Positions 25,914-38,188 are shown, counted from the whole stretch's first letter. The stretch: 63,601 nt of DNA, filler included, from Octopus bimaculoides (GCF_001194135.2; 5 parts of 5 records of this genome joined end to end with filler, not necessarily neighbours in it); one strand, 5' to 3'. Numbers and translations are program-made. Notes: generated from the letters alone by a model not told the origin.

Positions 25914-25999
<86 letters not shown>

Positions 26000-26009
26000 C
26001 ACACACACA

Positions 26010-26042
<33 letters not shown>

Positions 26043-26281
26043 TCCAATCCATGTGAGCCTTCTAAGCTATCTTAAAGTCTTAAGGAGCTTTCTCTCTATA
26101 TATTTCTTATATATATGTTGTGCAGCTATTGTAAATCAGTCTGGTACAGGATCTTTCCTCTTCCAGCGCCACCCCTCGTACCCTCAAACCTAACAAAATA
26201 CTCCTCAATTGCACAGTGCTTCTGTTTTTTTCTTTTTTTTACAGAAGTAAATTGCATCTTCTCAGTAGTATTTGCAGCGAT

Positions 26282-26354
<73 letters not shown>

Positions 26355-26378
26355 TGGTAGTGGTGGTGGTGGTGGTGG
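26282..26378. repeat. (GTA)n-(GTG)n compound microsatellite
   Basis: Read directly; explains the poly-Val ORF. Confidence 0.95.
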
Positions 26379-27093
26379 TCTCAGAGGCGGCCCTTAGGTT
26401 GTTGCGCGATTCCGACCCCTACTCCCACCCAGGGCAAGCTGAATTTCGGTATTCTTACTGATGTAGCTTTTTTTTTTTTTTACTTTTTTGAATTTCCGCT
26501 CAGAGGAAAAACTGTAAAGATAGAAATAAAGTGTTTATTACAATAAACAATACAAAGAGAACAGTTCAAACATAGCATCATAGTTTCAATGTCTTTCAGT
26601 TAAAATTACTAGGGAGGGAGAAAGAGAGAAGGAGAGAAGAGACAGACAAACAGACAGACAGAGATACAAAGAAAGAGGGCAACAGACAGACAGATTTAAA
26701 CTATATTACTGGTAATATTTCTTTTAAAAGCACTGAGCAGAGAAAGCCCCAATGTTGCAGTTGACTCCCTGTAGATATAACGGTTTTTGTCTGAATAAGT
26801 TTTAAACTATTTACTAAAGAACAGATACTGAACAAAAATACATACGTTTTCCTAACTGAAATATGTTATATCTCGGCTACAGATCTGTAAATATTTTCAT
26901 AGCAGCACTTTCTATATCAATTTTTATTACAATAGCATTTTCTACTGACAAAATTGCCAAAGAAAACCAGTCCGTCTTTGTATTTGGAAGATCTCGAACG
27001 CATGATATTGCGACCCTAGTACGTGGCGTTCCAGGCGACAGCTCGAGTTGTCACGACTTCAGCCAAATCCTGAGTGACTATTGTTGCTATTTA

Positions 27094-27478
27094 GTGGAGG
27101 CGCAATGGCCCAGTGGTTAGGGCAGCGGACTCGCGGTCATAGGATCGCGGTTTCGATTCCCAGACCGGGCGTTGTGAGTGTTTATTGAGCGAAAACACCT
27201 AAAGCTCCACGAGGCTCCGGCAGGGGATGGTGGCGAACCCTGCTGTACTCTTTCACCACAACTTTCTCTCACTCTTACTTCCTGTTTCTGTTGTGCCTGT
27301 AATTCAAAGGGTCAGCCTTGTCGCACTGTGTCACGCTGAATCTCCCCGAGAACTACGTTAAGGGTACACGTGTCAGTGGAGTGCTCAGCCACTTGCACGT
27401 TAATTTCACGAGCCGGCTGTGCTGTTGATCGGATCAACAGGAACCCTCGACGTCGTAAGCGACGGAGTGCCAACAACA
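27094..27478 (+). mobile_element. Family A SINE, full length, young
   Basis: A box TGGCCCAGTGG; 14-bp TSD ATTGTTGCTATTTA at 27080-27093 and 27479-27492. Confidence 0.96.
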
Positions 27479-27549
27479 ATTGTTGCTATTTAACCCATGA
27501 GCAAAGACATAACTATCTCGTGCTTATTATAACTTTGTAAGAAGGATCA

Positions 27550-27745
27550 TTAGCGCGTCGGATAAAATGCTCAGCGGCATTTCTTCTGGTTTTACGTTCT
27601 GAGTTCAAATTCTGCCAAGGTCAACTGTGCCTTTCATCCTTTCGGGGTCGGGTTCATGAAATAAGTACTAATTGAGCACCTGGGTTAATCTAATCGACTA
27701 GCACCCGCTTCCTTAAGAATGTCTAGACCTTGTGCCAATAGTAAA
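27550..27745 (+). mobile_element. Family C SINE, 5' truncated
   Basis: TTAGCGCGTCGGATAAAATGCTCAGCGGCATTTC..GAGTTCAAATTCTGCCAAGGTCAAC..CTTTCATCCTTTCGGGGTCG. Confidence 0.85.
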
Positions 27746-28080
27746 TAGGATTATTGAGCGTTTGTTCTTTTTTAAGAGAAAAGCGTAAAGTTGTCGAAGG
27801 TTTGGCTGTTATTTTTAGCTGTAGGAACAACTACTTAGAAGCTCTACGTTTATATGGCTGGTACTCGTATCAAGATACAATAAGTAGATTGAGTGTCATA
27901 GACGTATTTAAAACCCCTGCCTTTAAGACCTGAGCAACAAAAACAACAACAGAAAATACATGAAAAATTAATGCAGATGGTTGATACCACATTAACTTTC
28001 TCTATCAACGCTGTTGACATGAAATAGAATGGTACTGTCTAGCCACAATACTATTATCTTTTATCTATTATTTCTTACTT

Positions 28081-28161
28081 GCCCAAGGTACCACACATTG
28101 GAGCTGAACCCGAAGCCATGTGATTTCAAAGAGCGCTTTTCACATAACCATGCCTGCGCCT
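28081..28161 (-). mobile_element. Family B SINE head fragment
   Basis: GCCCAAGGTACCACACATTGGAGCTGAACCCGAAGCCATGTG..CCATGCCTGCGCCT matches the reverse complement of the family B head. Confidence 0.7.
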
Positions 28162-28520
28162 GTTGGCACTCCATCAGTTATGACGATGAGGGTTCCAGTT
28201 GATCCGATCAACGGAACAGCCTGCTCGTGAAATTAACGTGCAAGTGACTGAGTACTCCACAGACACGTGTACCCTTAACGTAGTTCTCGGGGAGATTCAG
28301 CGTGACACAGTGTGACAAGGCTGGCCCTTTGAATTACAGGCACAACCGAAACAGGATGTAAGAGTGAGAGAAAGTTATGGTGAAAGAGTACAGCAGGAGC
28401 CTCGTGGAGCTTTAGGTGTTTTCGCTCAATAAACACTCACAACGCCCGGTCTGGGAAGCGAAACCGCGATCCAATGACCGCGAGTCCGCTGCCCTAACTA
28501 CTGGGCCATTGCGCCTCCAC
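28162..28520 (-). mobile_element. Family A SINE with about 22-bp internal deletion
   Basis: Reverse complement of 27094 copy; 13-bp TSD CATGCCTGCGCCT at 28149-28161 and 28521-28533. Confidence 0.95.
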
Positions 28521-28730
28521 CATGCCTGCGCCTATATATAGTTAAAAAAAAAATTGAACTTGCATGTATGACGATAGAAAAATATTTTTTAAAAAATGGT
28601 CGACTGTTGGTGCTCAGACTTAACTAAGAAGATTCGCGATTTTACTGAGGATTGTAATATATTTCTTAGTTCCTGATTCTACCAACTTATGCTTAACGTC
28701 CATATTTCTAATTTTTCAGTACAATACTCT

Positions 28731-28929
28731 CTTTTACTTGTTTCAGTCATTTAACTGCGGCCATGCTGGAGCATCGCCTTTAGTCGGGCAAATCGACCCC
28801 AGGACTTATTCTTTGTAAGCCTAGTATTTATTCTATCGGTCTCTTTCGCCGAACCGCTAAGTTACGGAGACGTAAACACACCAGCATCGGTCGTCAAACG
28901 ATGTTGGGAGGACAAACACAGACACACAA

Positions 28930-28984
<55 letters not shown>

Positions 28985-29146
28985 TATATACGACGAGCTT
29001 TTTCAGTTTCCGTCTACCAAATCCACTCACAAGGCTTTGGTCGGCCCGAGGCAACAGTAGAAGACACTTGCCTAAGGTCCCACGCAGTGGGACTGAACCC
29101 GGAACCATGTGGTTAGTAGGCAAGCTACTTACCACACAGCCACTCC
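28731..29146 (-). mobile_element. Family B SINE, full length
   Basis: Reverse complement of 43480-43887; ends ACCACACAGCCACTCC. Confidence 0.95.
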
Positions 29147-30081
29147 AAGCAAAAGATAATAATTAAGCACATAAAAATCTTTTACATGTTGATCAACCTT
29201 CTACTTACATCTCAACTCCGGTTTTGATACGAAATGATTTGATGTAATGCATGTGTATAAGTGTATACTTTTAATATATTGAATAAGATGTACACTTTAT
29301 TTTTAGGAATATACATCTCTCTCTTTCTCTCTCATACTTATATATACATACATGCTCTTTCCTCCGTATGTGTGTGCGTTGAGAGAGAAAGAGAGAATAT
29401 GTTAATGAACGGCTGTAAACATATATCTATATATACATAGATATGTGTTTACATACATACGTTATAAATTTTAATTCCGTGTTAATTCCCTTCGATAACC
29501 TTAGCATACGAAATAATCAAATGAAAGTTACTTCCCTGTATTACGTGACCACATTACAAGGTATGTAACAGAATGTGAAAGCAACACGTGTTATCTCCCT
29601 TAACAAGCTTGCTCACCATTTCAACTGGTTTCTGTTTACTATTTGAGCTGTTTCTAATAAAATATAAATAACAGTCATTTTTTTTTATTAATATCACTTT
29701 TATTTCTATTACTATTATTTTTATTTTCTTCCTTTCTTTCTTTTCCTTTTCTTCCTTTTTTTTATATTTGAGCTCATAATTTTATTCTTATACTCAAATA
29801 CAAACAAATTTATTTATACATTAAACATATTTAATCCTTCATAAAACACGAAGGAAACATCTACGTGGTCGCTCCGCCTGCTAACAACAACAGCTAAATC
29901 TCCTAAGGTTAGCTAATGTGATCCTAGTAACTCTGTGAATAGTTCCAGGTATGTGTTTGCTCGCGCAGAAACGCACAAAGACACAAGCGCACACATACAC
30001 AAAAACAGACACACACACACACACACACACACACACANNNNNNNNNNNNNNNNNNNNNNNNNNNNNNNNNNNNNNNNNNNN

Positions 30082-30093
30082 TTAATTAATTAA
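30082..30093. other. Artificial assembly linker TTAATTAATTAA
   Basis: Palindromic, stop codon in all six frames, flanked by exactly 44 N on each side (100 bp in total). Confidence 0.92.
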
Positions 30094-30171
30094 NNNNNNN
30101 NNNNNNNNNNNNNNNNNNNNNNNNNNNNNNNNNNNNNTGATGATGATGACAATGAATTGGTGTTGCTGTTG

Positions 30172-30203
<32 letters not shown>

Positions 30204-30653
30204 GGTGGTGGTGGTGGTGGTGCTGATGATGATGATGACGATGACGATGATGATGCTTGCAAACCAGTAAACTAAAGTCGGACGACACCCAGTTAGTTAC
30301 ATATCTTTGTAACGTGAGTTAATCTGACAGAAAATCCAATATGTAAATCAGATAGAAGGAGAAGAGGAGGAGAAAAACGCAGCTAATAACCACAGAGGAT
30401 GTGTGTGCGTTTATATATGTGTATATGTGTGTGTGTTTATATACGTGCATATATGTGTGTGTGTGTGTTTGTACGTGCGTGTGTGCGTGTGTGTGTGTGC
30501 GTGTGCGTGTATGTGTAACAATCTATATACATACATATATAAATGTATATCTATATAAGCACACACACATATATACCAGTATATATATATATAAACCATA
30601 CACACATACAGCATACACACACACATATATATATGTGTTTGTGTGTGTGTGTG

Positions 30654-30687
<34 letters not shown>

Positions 30688-31893
30688 NNNNNNNNNNNNN
30701 NNNNNNNNNNNNNNNNNNNNNNNNNNNNNNNNNNNNNNNNNNNNNNNNNNNNNNNNNNNNNNNNNNNNNNNNNNNNNNNNNNNNNNNNNNNNNNNNNNNN
30801 NNNNNNNNNNNNNNNNNNNNNNNNNNNNNNNNNNNNNNNNNNNNNNNNNNNNNNNNNNNNNNNNNNNNNNNNNNNNNNNNNNNNNNNNNNNNNNNNNNNN
30901 NNNNNNNNNNNNNNNNNNNNNNNNNNNNNNNNNNNNNNNNNNNNNNNNNNNNNNNNNNNNNNNNNNNNNNNNNNNNNNNNNNNNNNNNNNNNNNNNNNNN
31001 NNNNNNNNNNNNNNNNNNNNNNNNNNNNNNNNNNNNNNNNNNNNNNNNNNNNNNNNNNNNNNNNNNNNNNNNNNNNNNNNNNNNNNNNNNNNNNNNNNNN
31101 NNNNNNNNNNNNNNNNNNNNNNNNNNNNNNNNNNNNNNNNNNNNNNNNNNNNNNNNNNNNNNNNNNNNNNNNNNNNNNNNNNNNNNNNNNNNNNNNNNNN
31201 NNNNNNNNNNNNNNNNNNNNNNNNNNNNNNNNNNNNNNNNNNNNNNNNNNNNNNNNNNNNNNNNNNNNNNNNNNNNNNNNNNNNNNNNNNNNNNNNNNNN
31301 NNNNNNNNNNNNNNNNNNNNNNNNNNNNNNNNNNNNNNNNNNNNNNNNNNNNNNNNNNNNNNNNNNNNNNNNNNNNNNNNNNNNNNNNNNNNNNNNNNNN
31401 NNNNNNNNNNNNNNNNNNNNNNNNNNNNNNNNNNNNNNNNNNNNNNNNNNNNNNNNNNNNNNNNNNNNNNNNNNNNNNNNNNNNNNNNNNNNNNNNNNNN
31501 NNNNNNNNNNNNNNNNNNNNNNNNNNNNNNNNNNNNNNNNNNTGGCAGCGGCGGCGGTGGTGGTGGTGGTGGTGGTGGTGGTGGTATTTGTAGTGGTGGT
31601 GATAGTGGTAAAGGTGGTGGCGCGGTGGATGAAGATGACAAAATGTAGGTGGAAGATGGGTGATCATCGAGAATCGGACGGGGAGGCATAAGGGGAAAAG
31701 GAAGAGGAAGCAGGAAGACAGGCCCCACGCGTATAATAATTAAAAAAAACAATAGCTAAATCGGTGCCGTCATCTTTAATGTATCAGATATCTAATAATT
31801 AGATAATAATTACCTAATTAGGCATAGTCATCAGGTGTGTAAAATGATCAATTAATGTTTTAATTATTTTTGCAGGTACTAGTAGCAATTCTG

Positions 31894-31951
31894 GACGTGT
31901 TTCAGGCATATATGATTACACTGATGAAGTCTAATACGACTGAAACATGTC
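31894..31951 (+). ncRNA. Hammerhead-like core without a recognisable stem I
   Basis: CTGATGA (31921-31927) AGTC-TAATAC-GACT GAAAC AT GTC; flanks do not pair as stem I; inverted repeat GACGTGTTTCAG / CTGAAACATGTC. Confidence 0.4.
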
Positions 31952-32646
31952 AAGAGTTGTCTGTCTCTACAAGTCGCAAAATGATTTCACGAACCGCTGA
32001 CTTCACCGTAATTATCTGATTAGTAGTGAAGGAATCACTGAGCAAACGAACCGTTCTTGTTTGTCTCCTGTCCTAGCTCGATTTACGCGTTCGCCACCAC
32101 AACCTCGCTCAGGCTCAGCAGTCCTTCCTGTTTGTTTTCACTATCCTGTTTGTGTTACCAATTTTGACCCTCCGCAAACTCATTTAATTTGCTTTGCGGA
32201 AACAACTGTTTTATCGGATGTGTATATTGTTGTTAAATGCTCGAAATACGAGACTAGAAAAACAGCCAACAACTGATGAAGGGTCGTTCTTTATGTTCTT
32301 TGATCTGTTTTCCATTTCTGTCTTTCGTTGTTCGAAAGAGTAGTTCATGTTCCATGTACTCGTGCTTCATACTTTTTTATTGTACACGTTTCGTGACGTC
32401 CTGTGCCTACATATGCATATATANNNNNNNNNNNNNNNNNNNNNNNNNNNNNNNNNNNNNNNNNNNNNNNNNNNNNNNNNNNNNNNNNNNNNNNNNNNNN
32501 NNNNNNNNNNNNNNNNNNNNNNNTATATATATACACATACAGACACACACACATATATATATGTTTATATATGTATATGTTTATATATATGTACGTGTGT
32601 GTATATATATATATCTATATATATATATATACACATACATATATAA

Positions 32647-32692
<46 letters not shown>

Positions 32693-32716
32693 ATAAATAT
32701 ATGACAATATATAATC

Positions 32717-32970
32717 CAGTGGTTCTCAAGCATTTTTTTTATCTAAGGACCCCTTTGATTTGTACTTTACTCGGGTCGACCTTTCTAGCCATTCATTGTT
32801 TTAAAAATCCTGTTACGCTTTTGTAATTCAATGTTATTTGGAATTGTATAAAAATTCTTAAAACATTTTGTATATTGTTGAAGTATAAGCAATGAATTGT
32901 TCATACATTTTAACAATAAATGTTTCGATGCACCCGGAAAGGTCGTGTGGAGCCCAGTTAAGAACCACTG
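32717..32970. mobile_element. hAT/Charlie-type MITE, 254 bp
   Basis: TIRs CAGTGGTTCTCAA / TTAAGAACCACTG (one mismatch); the 8-bp flanks do not match, so no TSD is preserved. Confidence 0.7.
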
Positions 32971-33249
32971 GTCTGGATACACTGTCGAACACACAGATAC
33001 AAAGCGGCGGACACCACGCTGCGTAAGTCTGTCTGTGCGTGTGCGCGCACGCTTTCGTGTGTGTGGGGGGAGAGAGAGAGAGAGACAGACAGACAGAGAC
33101 AGAGAGAGACACAGACAGACAGACAGACAGACACAGGAATAACCAGCATAACAGAGACTGAGAGAGGAGAGAAGAGAGAGAGGGGGAAAAGAAAGAAAGA
33201 AAGAAAGAGAACAGTCGGAAAGGAGAAGGCATGAGAAGGATGCCTGCCT

Positions 33250-33695
33250 ACTTACCTACATACAAGCATGCATACATACATACATGAGTACATACACACA
33301 TACACACATACATACACACACACATACATACATACATAAACACATACATACACACACACATACATACATACATAAACAAATACATACATACATACATACA
33401 TACAGACATACATACATACATACAGACATACAGACATACATACAGACATACATACAGACATACAGACATACATACAGACAGACATACATACAGACAGACA
33501 GACAGACAGACAGACATATACACACACATACATACATACATGCATGCATACATGCATACATGCATACATACATACACACATACATACATACACACATACA
33601 TACATGCATACATATAAACACACATACATAAATATATACATACATATGCATACATACATACATACATACATGCATACATACATACATACATACCA
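33250..33695. repeat. (CATA)n/(CAGA)n/(CA)n compound microsatellite
   Basis: Read directly; source of the MYVCMYVC ORFs. Confidence 0.95.
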
Positions 33696-34070
33696 GAGAA
33701 CTCGCGCTTAACACAATAAAACTAAAAAGCATTAAGATGTTACATCCTTGAAATGAAATCGACTGAATCCAATTTATCGTCTGCTAGCATTGTGCTGAAT
33801 AGATTGAATTTATTAAATGGGAATTATTTATTGATTTATGATTGATTGTGCGTTAAGATATTACATTTAGGGAGGGAAATCGATTGAGTCAAATTTATTT
33901 ATCTGTTGGCGTTGTGTTGAGTAGATTGAATTTATTAAATGAGAATTGGCTTTCGATTTCTGCTTGATTGATCAATTTCAAATGTAATTCAAGGCTTTGC
34001 AAATAATCGATTATATTTGTTTTCAGTTACGTAAGTGAGATATACATATATGTGCGTTTCTGTGTGTGTG

Positions 34071-34106
<36 letters not shown>

Positions 34107-34242
34107 GGTGAATGTACGCTTATCATTTAAGGAATAAAAGAGATATACGTGAACTACTTCAAGTTTCATGCTCAGCAAGTATACTAAGCGAATGGACTCA
34201 TCCGGCAATCGTTCAGGCTCAAATGGCATGGCTACTCCGTTA

Positions 34243-34338
<96 letters not shown>

Positions 34339-34663
34339 AGAAAGAAAGAAAGAAAGAAAGAAAGAGAAAGAAAAAGAGAAAGAAAGAGAGAGAGCGTAGT
34401 ATAATACTATACCTACATTACACACACGCACACGCGCACACATATATATATATATATATCATATATTAGATTTATGCACATAAGCATATACACGGACTCA
34501 CACATACATGCATATATATATATATAAACATACGCCTCTGCAATGAATATATGTGTGATATATTTGTATATGCAAGTATGTATGTATTCACACATCTATA
34601 CATTCTAGACATACGCATGTATGATATATAGTTTGTATATTTATATATACACATATACTCATA

Positions 34664-34736
<73 letters not shown>

Positions 34737-34789
34737 AATATTCATTTATTCATCATCATTACTACCATCATAATCATCAATGCCATTGC

Positions 34790-35050
34790 CACCATCGACA
34801 TCTTACGTCCGTTTTTCCATAATTGCATGGATTAGATGTCTCTCCGTCACATCATCTCGTTCTTTATTGCAGTCCCTTGTCATCTTTTTCCTGCGGTTCA
34901 CTTTCATGAGATCAACTTTCACCACTCCTTCTCATGTCTTTCTCTCCTGCAGTTTCTTTCCAGCCAGATTACTTGGTATTTTCTTCACCAAACTCTCATG
35001 CTTCATAAGCACCACATGTCTGTACCAGCTGTCATCTGATTCTTCTTATA
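34790..35050 (-). mobile_element. Degenerate 3' end of an RTE-type LINE
   Basis: Minus strand resembles RLxWYGHVxRM..LVKK..TWxEVVKxDL..MTxD and ends at a (GAT)n-like tail (CATCAT on plus, about 34750-34780). Confidence 0.55.
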
Positions 35051-35309
35051 TTTAGTTTGTTTTGCTCTTCTACTCATTTATTTCATCTCCGTCGGTTAAC
35101 ATTGAGCGTTTCTTATTACACATCCAGCGTGACAAGTTCACCTCGTTTCTTTCTCGCCTTCAAACATCTGCATTCAATGTCCATATTTCTCTTCCGAGAA
35201 ACATCACATTTCGGACACAAATATACGAAACTCGTTTATTTGAACGAAATTCGTTCAAAAAGTACCCGACTTTATTTTTGTCCCCCTAAAACTAATCCTT
35301 TCGGTTGAA

Positions 35310-35380
35310 GGTGACGCCATCCTTTCTGCGCATGCGAGAAATTTTTCGCGCCGGTAGACCGTATCAGTTCCCTTTCCGCT
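35310..35380. promoter_or_regulatory. CpG-rich patch with clustered promoter-like motifs (speculative)
   Basis: CGCCATC (YY1-like), TGCGCATGCG (35327-35336, NRF1-like), TTTCGCGC (35344-35351, E2F-like), TTCCCTTTCC (TCT/TOP-like) within 70 bp. Confidence 0.3.
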
Positions 35381-35758
35381 ACTCCTAGAGTACAGACGTG
35401 AAGTCCTTCTCTGCTTATGATGCTGTAGTACCTCTTGTGCATCCATATTTACATTGAGTACCCTGTACGGAATTCCAGCCTAATATTCTGCATATCAAGC
35501 GTGGCTACTTCCCCGGTGGGAGTCCTATCTTGTTTTTTGAAAATTAAGTGTTTGTTTTTAAGTTTATTTTAACGCATCTCCATTCTAGATTCTCTTATGT
35601 TTCTGTCTCTGCTCTAACTCTTACTTTGATCTTTCTAATCACTAATCTATCTTGGGGACTTCATTATTCACAGAGAACAGACTTCGTATTCACAACCAAA
35701 TTGTCTAACCACTTTTCTGTAAGTACAAAGTCTAGCTAACGAGCTTGTTCGCCCAAGA

Positions 35759-35830
35759 CAGGGGTTCCCAATCACTTTTTACCTATGGACCCCTTTGATT
35801 TCTACTTTATTCTCGTGGACCCTTATAAAC
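35759..35830 (+). mobile_element. hAT MITE left end, related to 32717
   Basis: CAGGGGTTCCCAATCAC..GGACCCCTTTGATTTCTACTTTA matches the start of the 32717 element. Confidence 0.6.
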
Positions 35831-36098
35831 ATTCGATATTTAAAAACTATTGAAAAGGTTGCAAGACGCAACGAAAATTTTAGGAAAATAAAAATAAGAA
35901 ATAAGTGGAAATTTTAACGGTGTGTGTGTTAAATTTTAAGGCACAATAAGAAAATGACTCTCCCCAGACACAACAGAATTTAAAAACTAGTTATATAGAT
36001 ACTTCTTTCAAAATTCCCATTTTGTTTGTTACATATTTACTTGTGTAGGTTTGCAATAGCACTCTCTGAGAGAACATGTTTTAGTTGCCGGAAACAAG

Positions 36099-36392
36099 TA
36101 GAACAAGAGCACTCAGANNNNNNNNNNNNNNNNNNNNNNNNNNNNNNNNNNNNNNNNNNNNNNNNNNNNNNNNNNNNNNNNNNNNNNNNNNNNNNNNNNN
36201 NNNNNNNNNNNNNNNNNNNNNNNNNNNNNNNNNNNNNNNNNNNNNNNNNNNNNNNNNNNNNNNNNNNNNNNNNNNNNNNNNNNNNNNNNNNNNNNNNNNN
36301 NNNNNNNNNNNNNNNNNNNAAAAAATAATCCAGAATCTTTGTCCAATGCCGGATCGATCCCAAAATCTAAGAAGTTCGTGTCAGTCATGAGA
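36099..36392. mobile_element. Second copy of the Helentron-like element, partial and gapped
   Basis: AACAAGAGCACTCAGA matches 4123-4138; AAAAATAATCCAGAATCTTTGTCC..GGATCGATCCCAAAATCTAA matches about 5090-5140. Confidence 0.7.
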
Positions 36393-36877
36393 GGCAAGAG
36401 AGTCTATAACTAATAGGAAAGCTTGGAGAGTGTTTGTGGACGGATGAGTGAATTGATGCTGCTCAAAGGGGTACGGAACCAGCATGATGCGGCGAGGGTA
36501 AACCAGCATATGCTGTCAAGCCTAGCTGCTGATATCGAGGGTTGCTTTCTATGCCTTAACCCGAGCATAGGACGGGGCACACCCCTTTGAGCTGGAAAAT
36601 GAATGGAATGCCTCATGTGTGTCTTGTTGTGGCTACCCGCTCCTTAAAAAAAAATGGGGAATAAACCTGGGTATATGTATGTATGTACATAGACCGCATC
36701 TATTCGTCTCAACTCTAGCATCCCTACAATCACTTTCGTTCTCCCTTTCATCACGCCAACTTTAATGCTAGCAGTCATGAAGTTTGGTTCCAAACAAGGA
36801 AGAGAAGGGTTTCTTTTAGCGTTGGGATTGTTTGGTACCTATTTTCTGCTTCCGGAACGAAACAAAAGTTGGCACAT

Positions 36878-37097
36878 AGGCGCATGCATGGCTGTGTGGT
36901 TAATAAGCTTGCTCTGCAACCAGGTGGTTTCGTGTTGAGTCTCACTACGCAGCATCTTGGGCAGGTGTCTTCAGCTGTGGGCCTTGGCTTTGGGGGTGAA
37001 TTTGGTGACAGAAATTTATTGGAAATCCGTCATATGTGTATGTATGTATATGTGGGTGCATGTGTGTGTGTGCGTGTGTGTGTATGTGTGTGAGCGC

Positions 37098-37160
<63 letters not shown>

Positions 37161-37486
37161 NNNNNNNNNNNNNNNNNNNNNNNNNNNNNNNNNNNNNNNN
37201 NNNNTTAATTAATTAANNNNNNNNNNNNNNNNNNNNNNNNNNNNNNNNNNNNNNNNNNNNATATATATACATGTATTTGTGTGTCTGTGTTTGTCCCTCC
37301 ACCATCACTTGACATCCAACGTTGGTGTGATTATTTCCCTGTAACTTAATGGTTTGACAAAAGAGACTGATAGAATAAGTACTAGGTTTACAAAGAATAA
37401 GTCCTGGGGTTGATTTGTTCAACTAAAGGCTGTGCTCCAGTATGGTCACAGTCAAATGACTGAAACAAGTAAAAGAATTAAAGAAT
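36878..37486 (+). mobile_element. Family B SINE halves either side of a linker gap
   Basis: 5' half (36878-37060) and 3' half (37261-37486) separated by (TG)n and the artificial join. Confidence 0.75.
37205..37216. other. Artificial assembly linker TTAATTAATTAA
   Basis: 44 N on each side. Confidence 0.92.
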
Positions 37487-37852
37487 AACTCATAGATCTC
37501 CAGGACCAAGGATGACTCGGGGTTAAACAACAACAACAACTAAATCCAAACCAAATTAATTCGTGAAGATATTTGGTAGATTTCAGGAATAGAACACCAC
37601 AAAAATAAACAGAAATACAAAGTAACTAAATTGTAGCAGGAATGTTCAGCAGTAGGATTGCTACACTTTATGTCACAATTCAATAGAATATTACCGACAT
37701 GATAAAAAGATCTAACCAATCACAACTTTGCATGGAATAGGTTTGAGTGATGATCTCATTTTCTGATTCACTTCCTTCCCAACCTGACTTTCAGTGTAAA
37801 TTCAGCACATCCTGACTACATGTGAGAGAGGGGGGGGAGATGAAATCGTACC

Positions 37853-38057
37853 AAGCAGTGGTAGAGGACAAACACAAACACCAAAACACACACACAAAAT
37901 GCTTCTTTCAGTTTCCATCTATCAAATCCATTCACAAAGCAGTTTTAGTCAGCTTAGGGTTATAGTAGAAGACACTTGCCCAAGCTGCCAAGCAATGGGC
38001 CTGAACCCAGAACCATATACTTGGGAAACAAATTTCTTACCATACAGCCACGCTTGT
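37853..38057 (-). mobile_element. Degenerate family B SINE 5' half
   Basis: GCTTCTTTCAGTTTCCATCTATCAAATCC..TATAGTAGAAGACACTTGCCCAAG..TTCTTACCATACAGCCACGC. Confidence 0.8.
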
Positions 38058-38188
38058 AACTACAATGTAAATTTTGAAGAATTGTGCAAGTACTGGAGAA
38101 TGATTTAAGGTTCAGTACAGTAGTTAAAAATCATAAATATCATAGAAATTTAGTGTCATACTGGAAATTAGATACACCGAATGAAATA

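Noticed and set aside
27094-27165. tRNA-like sequence with A and B boxes
   Set aside because: It is the head of a multi-copy SINE with TSDs; no proper acceptor stem or terminator, so not called a tRNA gene.
30401-31752. Long ORFs of 300-415 aa (also at 4.3-5.3, 38.6-39.8, 45.4-47.8, 48.3-49.2, 52.0-52.9 and 56.2-58.5 kb)
   Set aside because: They stay open only because they run through N-gaps and dinucleotide repeats.
32273-32345. CTGATGA followed distantly by CGAAAG
   Set aside because: No stem II, III or I pairing found; at most a decayed PLE end.
33248-33732. MYVCMYVC / THTH ORFs
   Set aside because: Translations of (CATA)n and (CA)n microsatellites.
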